Positions 27,908-38,689 of a stretch of DNA of 64,000 bases are shown here, one piece after another. Origin of the DNA: an uncultured Verrucomicrobiota bacterium. GTDB taxonomy: Bacteria > Verrucomicrobiota > Verrucomicrobiia > Limisphaerales > J093. Both the position numbers and the translations under genes were made by a program. Below the pieces are notes generated by a model. That model was not told the origin of the DNA. It searched no databases and saw only the letters and a list, made by a program, of their open reading frames with translations. The stretch spans positions 16,804-80,803 of the forward strand of contig CAZHUS010000011.1 in the NCBI GenBank assembly GCA_964535555.1, read 5' to 3'. Position 1 is the first letter of the stretch; each line of letters opens with the position of its first letter.

Positions 27908-29309
27908 GGGTCTTCTGCGTCGGCCCCACCATGTCCCCGGGCCGCACCCAGCGCTCGAAGTCCGCCTCGCCCACCAGCCCGAGCTGGGCCGCCGCCTCAC
28001 GCAACGTGAGGCCCCGGACGTGCGCTTCCTTGGCGACCTTCGCCGCCTTCTCGTACCCGATGTGCGGGGCCAGAGCAGTCACCAGCATCAGGGAGTTCTC
28101 GACGTTCCGCTGAATCACCGGCCGGTTGGGTTCAATGCCCACCGCGCAGCGGTCGTTGAAGGACACGCAGGCGTCTCCGAGCAATCGCGCCGATTGCAGC
28201 ACATTCGCCGCAATCACCGGCTTGAACACGTTCAACTCGAAGTGCCCGGTCGCACCCCCGACGGACACCGCGACATCGTTCCCGATCACCTGCGCGCAGA
28301 CCATCGTCATCGCCTCGGGCTGGGTCGGGTTCACCTTGCCCGGCATGATCGAAGAGCCGGGTTCATTGTCGGGAATCAGGATCTCGCCGATGCCACTGCG
28401 CGGACCGGAACTCAGCATGCGCACGTCGTTGGCGATCTTCATGAGCGAAACCGCCACGCGCTTGAGCGCTCCGGAGAGCTCCACCATCGCGTCGTGCGCA
28501 GCCAGAGCCTCGAACTTGTTGGGCGCCGTGACGAACGGACACCCCGTGGCCTCGGCGATCTTCCGGGCGACAAGCACATCGTAGCCTTCGGGCGCGTTCA
28601 AACCCGTGCCGACGGCCGTCCCTCCCAACGCCAGTTCCCGCACCGCCTCGAGGGCGTTGCGGAGCGCCCGAATGCCATTCTCGAGTTGTTGAACGTAGCC
28701 GGAGAACTCCTGGCCCAAGGTCAAGGGCGTGGCGTCCATGAAGTGAGTCCGGCCCACCTTCACGATGTCCTTGAACGCCTCCGCCTTCGCCCGCAACGTG
28801 CCCAGCAAACGCTCGATCCCCGGGATCGTCACCTGGGACACCTGCTGGTATGCCGCAATATGCATCGCGGTGGGAAAGGTGTCGTTCGACGACTGCGACA
28901 TGTTCACGTCGTCGTTGGGATGCAGGACCTTCCTGGCGTCGGTGAGCTGGCCGCCATTCAGCACGTGCGCCCGGTTCGCGATCACCTCGTTCACGTTCAT
29001 GTTGCTCTGGGTGCCGGAACCCGTCTGCCAGATGACCAGCGGGAACTCGCCGTCCAAAGCCCCTGTCAGGATCTCGTCGCAAACCCGGCTCACGAGATCT
29101 CGCTTCGCGGCGGGCAGGACGCCCAGGTCGTGATTCGCCAGCGCGGCGGCCTTCTTCAGGTAGGCGAACGCCCGGATAATCTCGCGGGGCATGCTGGCTT
29201 CCGGTCCGATCCGGAAATTGTTGCGGGACCGCTCGGTCTGGGCGCCCCAATAACGGTCGGCGGGCACCTGGACCTCGCCCATGGTGTCGCGTTCAATTCG
29301 GAAGTTCAT
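27891..29309 (-). CDS. fumC: class II fumarate hydratase
   Basis: [28 protein letters not shown], the signature [13 protein letters not shown], and full length of 472 aa. Confidence 0.95.
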   Translation of the reverse strand: MNFRIERDTMGEVQVPADRYWGAQTERSRNNFRIGPEASMPREIIRAFAYLKKAAALANHDLGVLPAAKRDLVSRVCDEILTGALDGEFPLVIWQTGSGTQSNMNVNEVIANRAHVLNGGQLTDARKVLHPNDDVNMSQSSNDTFPTAMHIAAYQQVSQVTIPGIERLLGTLRAKAEAFKDIVKVGRTHFMDATPLTLGQEFSGYVQQLENGIRALRNALEAVRELALGGTAVGTGLNAPEGYDVLVARKIAEATGCPFVTAPNKFEALAAHDAMVELSGALKRVAVSLMKIANDVRMLSSGPRSGIGEILIPDNEPGSSIMPGKVNPTQPEAMTMVCAQVIGNDVAVSVGGATGHFELNVFKPVIAANVLQSARLLGDACVSFNDRCAVGIEPNRPVIQRNVENSLMLVTALAPHIGYEKAAKVAKEAHVRGLTLREAAAQLGLVGEADFERWVRPGDMVGPTQKTLGVKP

Positions 29310-29384
29310 AGAGGGTCATCTCAATCCGTCACTCGGAGCGGGAGCATGCCAGGCGGGTCCGGCCCGGGGCGAGTCTCCGGTGGG

Positions 29385-29410
29385 GAAAAATCAACCCGGC
29401 GGCCGGGTCG
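29385..29410 (-). terminator. putative intrinsic terminator after the DUF1559 gene
   Basis: On the minus strand the sequence is CGACCCGG-CCG-CCGGGTTG (8-bp stem including one G-U pair) followed by ATTTTT. It lies about 40 nt after the stop at 29453. Confidence 0.55.
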
Positions 29411-29452
29411 CCAAACCTGCCAGGTCGAGCCTTTGCGCAGGCCGGGATCAGC

Positions 29453-30241
29453 TCAGCGTCCGTTGGCGGTCCCGGGAACGCAATACATCCGGTTCTTTCC
29501 GGGCATTTGGGCTTCCCGCTTCCAGGCCTCGTAACGGACGATCTCGACGTGGCCGTCAATCGCGAGGACCACGCCGCCCTTCTTCCCATGGCGCTTGCCC
29601 AGACCGCCGTCGACGTTGGGATCGGGGTAGCTCGAGCCGTCGTTGTAGCCGTAGCCGAGGACGGCGTTGGCATCGTCCGGCTCCCACATCAGGAAGGCGT
29701 CCGCCGTGAAATCCGAGAGCTTGTAGGTGTTGCCGGCGGGGGTGAGAGCGCCGTAGCCGCAGACGGCGCCGTTCATGACGTAGGTCGCCATCTTGTTGGG
29801 ACGCGCCTTGAACGTTGCGGTGTTGGTCCGGTCGATCGGGCACTTGTAGCTGCGAATCGCGCCCATGAACGGCCAGAGCTGTCCGCCTTCGTAGGCGAGG
29901 ACGTTGTTCGTGGAGTACGGCGCGGCCTGGAGGTTCGGGACCGAACCCCTGCTGCCGTCGTACAACCAGCCCCGGACCCAGGGAGGATTCCAGTTCGGGA
30001 AGGCCATGCGGTCCTGGTAATCCTCGGCGTACATGTGGGTGGCCAGGCCGAGCTGCTTGTTGTTGTTCACACACATCGTCCGATGGCCCTGGTCCTTGGC
30101 GTTCGCCAACGCGGGCAGCAGCAGCCCGGCGAGGATGGCGATGATCGCAATCACCACCAGGAGTTCGATCAGGGTGAACGCGCCGGCGGGACTCGGTGAA
30201 CGGCGGGACGGTGACGGTTCCATGCTCAACATCGTGCTCAT
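29453..30241 (-). CDS. prepilin-type N-terminal cleavage/methylation domain protein, DUF1559 family
   Basis: [25 protein letters not shown], followed by a DUF1559-like body ending ...[10 protein letters not shown]. The start is ambiguous, with ATGs at 30241, 30232 and 30223. Confidence 0.8.
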   Translation of the reverse strand: MSTMLSMEPSPSRRSPSPAGAFTLIELLVVIAIIAILAGLLLPALANAKDQGHRTMCVNNNKQLGLATHMYAEDYQDRMAFPNWNPPWVRGWLYDGSRGSVPNLQAAPYSTNNVLAYEGGQLWPFMGAIRSYKCPIDRTNTATFKARPNKMATYVMNGAVCGYGALTPAGNTYKLSDFTADAFLMWEPDDANAVLGYGYNDGSSYPDPNVDGGLGKRHGKKGGVVLAIDGHVEIVRYEAWKREAQMPGKNRMYCVPGTANGR

Positions 30242-30356
30242 GACAGGTACTCGGGGTCGGGGCAGATTCCGAGCGCCCCGGTGCCCGGACGTTGACATCC
30301 CGCGCCCCTCCGGACAATGAGTCTTTCGCGGCACAGGGCGCGGCCGCAGCCATGAA

Positions 30357-30430
30357 TGGCTGCCCGACTAGGATTTGAACCTAGACAAACAGATCCAGAG
30401 TCTGCTGTGCTACCGTTACACCATCGGGCA
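30357..30430 (-). tRNA. tRNA-Gln (anticodon CUG)
   Basis: The reverse complement folds as a cloverleaf. The acceptor stem is TGCCCGA/TCGGGCA with the U1-A72 pair typical of tRNA-Gln. The anticodon stem is GCAGA/TCTGT and the loop is CTCTGGA. The T arm is CTAGG-TTCAAAT-CCTAG. Discriminator G and an encoded CCA are present. Confidence 0.9.
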
Positions 30431-30534
30431 GACGGCGGTCAGACCCTAAGCGCTTCGAACTTCCAGTCAAGCCTTGGCGGCGACCCATTTCCTGCGGCAA
30501 ACTCTCCCCGGCACGAGGTCAACCAGAACGCGTC

Positions 30535-31991
<1,457 letters not shown>

Positions 31992-31995
<4 letters not shown>

Positions 31996-33692
31996 CCATG
32001 GCCGTTGCTGCTGCCAACCCGCCCGCGATGGAGACACCTCCGGTCGAGACGCTCTCCGTCAAAGTGAACGGCCGGCCCCTGGAGGTGCCGAAGCTGAGTT
32101 CCGACTGGTCCGGGAAGCCGGTGCCGACCACGATGATCCAGGCCTGCGAGATGGCCGGTGTGACCGTGCCGCATTACTGCTACCACCCGCGCCTGCCGGT
32201 CGCCGGCAACTGCCGGATGTGCCTTGTCGAGTACGGCACGCCGACCCTCGGTCCCGACCGCCAGCCCGTGCGCAAGGCCGACGGCTCGTTTGTGATTCAG
32301 AAATCACCCCGGCCGGCGATCGCCTGTGCGACCGCACTGTCGCCGGGCATGGAAATCTACACCGATACCGCGACCGTCCGGGCCATGCGCGAGGGTGTCC
32401 TCGAATTCCTCCTGATCAATCATCCCCTGGACTGCCCGATTTGCGACCAGGCAGGTGAATGCAAACTTCAGGAGTACTCGATCGATTACGGCAAGTCCGC
32501 GAGTCGCTTTGTCGAAACGAAGGTCCACAAACCGAAGCAGGTCGACCTCGGACCGCGCATCATGCTCGACGACGAGCGCTGCATCCTGTGCACGCGATGC
32601 ATCCGCTTCACCAAGGACATCGTCGGCGATGACGCCTTGGGGATCATCAACCGCGGCGGCTACAACACGCTCACCGCGTATCCCGGTCGCAAGTTCGACA
32701 ACAACTACACGCTGAACACCGTGGACATCTGCCCGGTGGGCGCGCTGACTTCGAAGGATTTCCGGTTCCAGATGCGCGTCTGGTTCCTCAAGGAGACGCT
32801 GTCGCTCTGCACCAGCTGCGGCACCGGCTGCAACATCCACATCGGCTCTCGTGAGAACCGCGTTTATCGCTATACCCCGCGCGAGAACGCGGCCGTCAAC
32901 AAGTCCTGGATGTGCGATGCCGGCCGCCTGAACTACCGCTGGATCAATCGCCCGGACCGTTGGACCGACGTCCGCGTGGCCGGGCAGAGGTCGACCTGGA
33001 CCGCCGCCGTGGCCGAGGTCGCCGCGCGGCTCCAACGAACTCCCGCTGGCCATGCGGCCATCGTGGTCTCCTCGCGCCAGACGAACGAGGAACTCTACCT
33101 GGTCCGACGCCTCGCCCAACGCATCGGGGCCGTGACCGATACCGTGCCGCGCCAGGGACCGGGCGATCGCCTCCTGGTCAGCCCGGACAAGAATCCGAAC
33201 AGCACCGCCGCGCGGCTGATGGGCCTCGCCGCCAACCCGCCTGGCTCGAACCTCGCGCGCCTGGCCGACCGCATCCGGGACGGCAGCGTGACAACCTTGC
33301 TGGTGATCGGTGAAGACCCGCTCAAGTGGGGTCTCGACGAAACGACATTGCGTCGGCTCAACACCCTCGTCGTCTCCGACATTCTGCCGAACGGAGCCAG
33401 CGAAATCGCGCACGTGGTCCTGCCGGGCTGCGCCCATGCCGAGAAGCGCGGCACGTTCACCAATGTGGGCGGCCAGGTGCAACGCTTCCTCAAGGCCGTC
33501 GAACCGCCCGGCGACGCTCGTCCCGAGACGGAGTGGCTCGGTGAATTGCTCGAACAGGTCACCGGCGAGAGAATCGCCGGGAGCCTGGAAGGGCTATTCA
33601 ATCAGATGGCCGCCGACGTTCCGGCCTTCCACGGGCTGACGTGGGCTCGGCTGGGCGACACCGGACTTCCGGTGCCGACAGGTTCGCCCTGA
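31992..33692 (+). CDS. nuoG: NADH-quinone oxidoreductase subunit G (short form, 566 aa)
   Basis: The start at 31992 overlaps the nuoF stop as ATGA. The 2Fe-2S N-terminus is YCYHPRLPVAGNCRMCLVE. Also present are HPLDCPICDQAGECKLQ and a molybdopterin-oxidoreductase-like remainder. Confidence 0.9.
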
Positions 33693-33746
33693 TCACCCGT
33701 GGCCGGTCCGGAGCGCGGGGGGCTTTCGTCGGCGGGTGATCGCCAC

Positions 33747-34439
33747 TCACGTTCCGCGTTGGTGACCAAACAGGCGGACATGGAGCCGGTCGCATAGCCG
33801 GAAGCCGTACCGCTTGCACACCGGCACCAACTCCGCCGCCCCGCGGGCAACCACGTCACTGGACGTTCCTTCAGGCATCAGGAGAATCCGGGAGGGCGCG
33901 ACCGGCACCTCGAGGGCCTCCACGAGTTCGCGAATCTCCTGGACGTCATCGGGCGAACTCACCACGAACTTCAGTTGGAAGTCATAGGCGGAAATCCACT
34001 CGCGCAACACCGTCGGCTGCAGGCGGAGCGCTTCGTGCCGGACGTGCCAGGCCTGCGGCAGGCGTTGGTCCGGAGCCGAGTTGCGCAGCTTGGGACTCAG
34101 GGACGCCAGGTCGCAGGCGATGCCCTGCGGGGCGATGGTTCCCGCCGTCTCGATGGTGATGTGCCTGGCGAGCTGTCGGAGACCTGCGGCCAGGTCGTGA
34201 ATGCCCTTCGCCACCATGGGTTCGCCCCCGGTGAGCACACAGTGCTGCGCCGGGTAACGGCTCACCTCGTCGAGGATTTGCCCCACGGACATCTCGGCTC
34301 CTTCCGGCTCCCAGGAGGCGTACAGGGTGTCGCACCAGTTGCAGCGGAGGTTGCAGCCGGACGTCCGCACGAAGACGGACGGAACGCCCGTCAGCCCGCC
34401 CTCGCCCTGAACGGAATGGAAGATCTCGGAGATCAGCAT
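33747..34439 (-). CDS. queE: 7-carboxy-7-deazaguanine synthase (radical SAM)
   Basis: MLISEIFHSVQGEGGLTGVPSVFVRTSGCNLRCNWCDT. Confidence 0.9.
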   Translation of the reverse strand: MLISEIFHSVQGEGGLTGVPSVFVRTSGCNLRCNWCDTLYASWEPEGAEMSVGQILDEVSRYPAQHCVLTGGEPMVAKGIHDLAAGLRQLARHITIETAGTIAPQGIACDLASLSPKLRNSAPDQRLPQAWHVRHEALRLQPTVLREWISAYDFQLKFVVSSPDDVQEIRELVEALEVPVAPSRILLMPEGTSSDVVARGAAELVPVCKRYGFRLCDRLHVRLFGHQRGT

Positions 34440-35131
34440 CTGGCGGGAGGACGCGGCGGAAGCGGTCCGGTTTCAAGGTAGGTGGTGGGATCGACCAACC
34501 CGGCGCGCTGAAACGCCTCCCGGCGCTCGACGCAGGTGCCGCACGCGCCGCAGTGAACCTCGCCGCCCTTGTAGCACGACCACGTGCGCGTGAAATCGAT
34601 GCCCAGTTCGACACCGCGCCGCGCGATCTGTGCCTTCGTGAGTTCGATGAACGGACGGAGCACGTCGAGTTGGGCATAGGTGCCGAGCCGGATCGCCGCA
34701 CCCATCGCGCTCATGAATTCCTCACGGCAGTCCGGATAAATGGCGTGGTCGCCCGCGTGAGCCGCGATCACCAGCGCCGTCGCTTCAACGGACTCGGCGT
34801 ACCCGGCCGCGATGGCGAGCATGATGCCGTTGCGGAACGGGACCACGGTCTGCTTCATCGTCGCCTCTTCGTAATGGCCATCCGGGATCGGCCCGCCGGA
34901 TTTCAGGAGCGACGACTGGAAGAGCTCCCCGACGAAGCCGAGCGGAATCACGCGGTGAGCCACTGCCAGCCGTTCGCAGTGCCACGCCGCCAGAGGCAAC
35001 TCGCGGTGATTGTGTCGGGAGCCGTACTCGAAGCTCAAAGCCGCCACGACCTCGTGATGCTCGCGCGCGTCATACAGCGCGGTCACCGAGTCCATGCCGC
35101 CGCTCAGCAGCACCACAACACGACACTTCAT
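34433..35131 (-). CDS. queC: 7-cyano-7-deazaguanine synthase
   Basis: VVLLSGGMDSVT PP-loop motif and the C-terminal Zn cysteines CGACGTCVERREAF. It overlaps queE by 7 nt. Confidence 0.9.
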   Translation of the reverse strand: MKCRVVVLLSGGMDSVTALYDAREHHEVVAALSFEYGSRHNHRELPLAAWHCERLAVAHRVIPLGFVGELFQSSLLKSGGPIPDGHYEEATMKQTVVPFRNGIMLAIAAGYAESVEATALVIAAHAGDHAIYPDCREEFMSAMGAAIRLGTYAQLDVLRPFIELTKAQIARRGVELGIDFTRTWSCYKGGEVHCGACGTCVERREAFQRAGLVDPTTYLETGPLPPRPPARC

Positions 35132-35307
35132 GGGATGGTCGGGGTACCCGGCCTGAAGGTGGTAGGCCCGGTGCCTCCACCGGGCGTAGCGCAGGCTTTC
35201 CAGCCTGCCGGTCCACCGGGCTTTCCAGCCCGGCAGCAGCCTCGGCGATTGGGAAGTCGCCGCGACTGGCAGCCAGCGATCACTGCCTTACCTCCTCGTC
35301 TCATGGT

Positions 35308-35784
35308 TCATTCCGCGCGTCGCTGTTGCCGGTCCGGAACGGCGTGGGCTGTCTCCGCGGCGTCCGGGCCATGTTCCGCAACCACGCTCAGCGCCAGTCC
35401 TCCGCGGGGAGCGAAGCGGCCTTCGATTCGCATTCGTCGCGGTTCGCACGCGCGGACGAGATCGTCGAGAATCCGGTTCACCACCGCCTCGTTGAACGCG
35501 GGCTCGTTGCGATAGGACCCGAGGTAAAGCTTCAGGGACTTCGTCTCGAGGCAGCTCGCCCCCGGCGTGTACTCGATGACGATCTCCGCGAAATCCGGCT
35601 GCCCCGTCACCGGGCAGAGCGAGGTGAAGTCGGGACAATCCAGGCGGATCACGTAGGGGCGACCCGGACGCGGGTTGGGGAAGGACTCCAGGCGCGCCTC
35701 CTTCGGGGTCTGGGGCAGTGTCGCCTGGGCATTCCCGAGGAGGGTGAGCCCGGCGGCGCTCCGATGGCGGCGATTCGACTTCAT
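35308..35784 (-). CDS. queF: NADPH-dependent 7-cyano-7-deazaguanine reductase (unimodular type)
   Basis: DFTSLCPVTGQPDFAEIVIEY with the catalytic Cys, and the QueF motif ETKSLKLYLGSYRN. Confidence 0.9.
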   Translation of the reverse strand: MKSNRRHRSAAGLTLLGNAQATLPQTPKEARLESFPNPRPGRPYVIRLDCPDFTSLCPVTGQPDFAEIVIEYTPGASCLETKSLKLYLGSYRNEPAFNEAVVNRILDDLVRACEPRRMRIEGRFAPRGGLALSVVAEHGPDAAETAHAVPDRQQRRAE

Positions 35785-35869
35785 AACGTCCGGCTACTTT
35801 CGCAGCCCGGACACGGCGCGGGAAGTCCAGATCGAGCGGGAACGCGCGCGCTACCAGACCGCGTTCGCG

Positions 35870-36889
35870 TCAATCGGCAGGCACGCTTTCCTCGAGATTC
35901 AACCAGGCGGCCTCCTGCGGGCTGAGCTCGACCTCGAAGGCTCCCCAGAGACCGGCAAGTTCCTGCTCGGTGCGGGGACCCGCCACGGCGAAGACGTGCG
36001 GCCCCTGGTGCAACACCCAGGCCAGGGCGAGTTGGGTCGGCGTGACTCCCTTCTCGCTCGCCAGGCGTTGCGCACGGTCCAGCCGGGCGAAATTCCGATC
36101 GCTGTAGTAGCAGCGCACGACATCGCTGGTCCAGCGCTCCGACATCAGGGTTCGACGCTCCGCGTCGGACACGAGCGACAGTGGCCGGTACCTGCCGCTG
36201 AAGAAGCCGAGCGCCAGACACGACCACGCGAAAAGCGGGAAACGACGATGCGCATGCCAGTCGCGGCTGAACCGGTCGCACGCGGTGACGCAGTTCGGCC
36301 ACGAGGGCTCGTTCATGAACGCCAGCGCAAGGTTCGGCGAGTTCAGCACAAAGGCGGGCAAGCCGCGTTCAGCCGCGTAGGCATTGGCGGCCTCGAGCCT
36401 GGGAATGGACCAGTTGCTCGCGCCGAAGGCCCGGATGCGGCCGGCGGATTGTTCGCTGGCGAGACACTCGATGATTGGCCCCACCGGCTGGTCGGGATCG
36501 TCCCGATGCAGCACGAGCAGATCGATGTAGTCGGTCTGCAGGCGCCGCAAGGTTTCGTCCAGGTCCGCTCGAATGTCCCGCGGTGTCACGCGCGGGCGGT
36601 GGTATTCGAAAGGGCTGCCCGGGGTCCCGATCGTCTCGTGGTGCGCCACCTTCGCCTGGAGATGGAACGAGGCCCGGTTCCTTCGAGACCGCAACCAGCG
36701 GCCGAGGGTCTCCTCCACGTCGAAATACACGAGCGAAGTGTCGAAACAGTTGCCTCCGCTGGCCACGTACGCGTCGAACAGGCGATCAGCGTAAGCCTGT
36801 TCCACCGAGGCTCCGAAGCTCGTGCCCATCACCAGCCGGCACAAGGGCCGCTCCAGGCCTGCAACGGAGGCGTGGCGGGGAGGCTTCAT
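35870..36889 (-). CDS. aldo/keto reductase family oxidoreductase
   Basis: The start MKPPRHASVAGLERPLCRLVMGTSFG at 36889 overlaps the upstream TIR gene stop as ATGA. AKR blocks: FDTSLVY, DYIDLLVLHRDD, RAFGASNW. Confidence 0.85.
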   Translation of the reverse strand: MKPPRHASVAGLERPLCRLVMGTSFGASVEQAYADRLFDAYVASGGNCFDTSLVYFDVEETLGRWLRSRRNRASFHLQAKVAHHETIGTPGSPFEYHRPRVTPRDIRADLDETLRRLQTDYIDLLVLHRDDPDQPVGPIIECLASEQSAGRIRAFGASNWSIPRLEAANAYAAERGLPAFVLNSPNLALAFMNEPSWPNCVTACDRFSRDWHAHRRFPLFAWSCLALGFFSGRYRPLSLVSDAERRTLMSERWTSDVVRCYYSDRNFARLDRAQRLASEKGVTPTQLALAWVLHQGPHVFAVAGPRTEQELAGLWGAFEVELSPQEAAWLNLEESVPAD

Positions 36890-38154
36890 GGCGCGATGCG
36901 ATCCTGGACCGCTTCCGGTAGCGAGGTCTCGCGCAGCCGAAAGTTGCGAAGATGCACGATTCCTTGCCCGTCTCCGGGCGGCTCTCCCTCGCCCGCATCC
37001 GAGCCAAAATCGATCACCAAGCCGACGATCATCGAGAAATCCGGCACGCGGCGGGCGTATAGATAGTTGCCGTCGGACGTGAACACGGACCACGCACGAT
37101 CGGCGAGGTCGATGTTCAGTGTCGTCCAGCGGTCATCGGTCACCCGGTCAATCCGGGCGCCGCGTTGCAGCATCCAGTGGGTGCCGAACCGGTCGATGAC
37201 CCGATAGGCGAGCGCGATGACCTCGAGCGTACCGGGCTCGGGCTGGGGGCGGCGGGCCTCGAAGGAAAGGTAGCGCCTGCAGGCATTGTTCGGCCCCGGC
37301 GGGTTGCCGGAATTGTCCAGTCCACTGGTGCCACCGGGGCGAAAGGCCACGTTGCTCGAGTACGTGCCTGGGGCGTTGTTGAAGCGGATGGCGAAATGGC
37401 GCAGGCCACCGCGTGCTTGGTCGGGGGACTCGAGATTCGCCGAGATCGAACTGCCTTCCGCATCGGCCCACAGGTAATAAATGGACGTGAAATCGGGAGG
37501 AGCTTCCTGGATCGGGCGGGCGCTCAGCCCGTAGAACGTGTGGAGCAACAGGTCCGGCGCGCGACTCACCTGGACCATCCGTTGCACGTGGCTCAAAACC
37601 GGCTGACGCGAAATCGCGGTCGTACCCGGGCTGACCGACGTGTCGGGATCGCGCGACGGGACGTCCCCCGGAAAGCTCGGCTGGGGCAGGGAACGCGGCC
37701 GCGCCCCGAGGTTCGCCCCCGGATAGGGCGGCATCTCCGCAGGCTTTACCCGCGAGATGGTGACGGCCTTGAGCAACAACTCCTTCGCGGCATCCTGGCC
37801 CAGCCCCACGAGATCGCAGTAGACGCGCGTGTTCAGGAGGGGGCCAGGGTCGCATTCGGCGATCCGGACTGGAATGAGCGCGCGCGCCTTGCCCAAGGGG
37901 TCTTTGCGGAACGCTTCGGCCCACTCGGAGGAGGCGAATTCCGAGTTCAGGTACTCGGGGCTCAGGACGGCGATGACGCGCTGGCAATCGCGGAGGGCGG
38001 TCCGCATCTCGTGGACCCAGTCGGTTCCGGGGGCAAAATCCCACGCCTGGATGCACGTGGTGTAGCCGGCGTCCTCCAGCATCCACGCGAGCCATTCGGC
38101 CCAGGTGCGGTCCTTGCCGGTGTAGCTGATGAAAAAACTGCGCTGCATGGCCAT
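36886..38154 (-). CDS. TIR-domain protein with an uncharacterised beta-rich C-terminal domain of about 290 aa
   Basis: Start is MAMQRSFFISYTGKDRTWAEWLAWMLEDAGY at 38154. TIR blocks: VIAVLSPEYLNSEFASSEWAEAF and LIPVRIAEC. I do not recognise any motif in the C-terminal part (WTTLNIDLADR, IVHLRNFRL). Confidence 0.8.
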   Translation of the reverse strand: MAMQRSFFISYTGKDRTWAEWLAWMLEDAGYTTCIQAWDFAPGTDWVHEMRTALRDCQRVIAVLSPEYLNSEFASSEWAEAFRKDPLGKARALIPVRIAECDPGPLLNTRVYCDLVGLGQDAAKELLLKAVTISRVKPAEMPPYPGANLGARPRSLPQPSFPGDVPSRDPDTSVSPGTTAISRQPVLSHVQRMVQVSRAPDLLLHTFYGLSARPIQEAPPDFTSIYYLWADAEGSSISANLESPDQARGGLRHFAIRFNNAPGTYSSNVAFRPGGTSGLDNSGNPPGPNNACRRYLSFEARRPQPEPGTLEVIALAYRVIDRFGTHWMLQRGARIDRVTDDRWTTLNIDLADRAWSVFTSDGNYLYARRVPDFSMIVGLVIDFGSDAGEGEPPGDGQGIVHLRNFRLRETSLPEAVQDRIAP

Positions 38155-38689
38155 GGATCTGTTCTGCGACGCGTCATGACGGGCTTCGTGTGTGGCCAAC
38201 GTGCCAAACGGGGCAGGGCTCAGCAAGTGTGGTCTCGACCGGGGACCAGGGCCATGAGCGCGGTTGGAGCACCCTCGGAGTCCCTGGTGTCGCTCCTTTC
38301 GTCGCCTCGGGAGATACGGCTCCGCCTTCTGCCACTGCCTGACTGCCGGCAAACGGTCACCCCATCCCGCCATCCCGCCAACGGCAGACGCAGCAATCAG
38401 GGAAATGGCGCACGCCTCCTATACTATAGAGTGACAGGTTCATAGTCTTGACATTGTCTCGGAGCGCCCTTCTTCAGAGGTGGGAACTGAGCATACCCCC
38501 CCCCCGCCAAAGCCCTGACGTCTCACCCAACCTGGACCCGTGCTATTCAACAGGGTCTTCATTCATTCTTCATTCATTCAATAGAGATAGAGTGACAGGT
38601 TCATAGTTATTGACTCCGGGCAGCGGGGCCTTCACCGTCCTGCGTAGTCGAGCCCAGCCAACCCAGCCAACAACAACAAGGCTTCCCGC

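Noticed and set aside
35132-35307. Possible preQ1 riboswitch in the queF-queC intergenic gap.
   Set aside because: No preQ1-I/II/III-like conserved core is visible. The gap is instead occupied by a copy of the dispersed GTAGGCCCGGTGCC..CACCGGGCG hairpin module (about 35161-35186).
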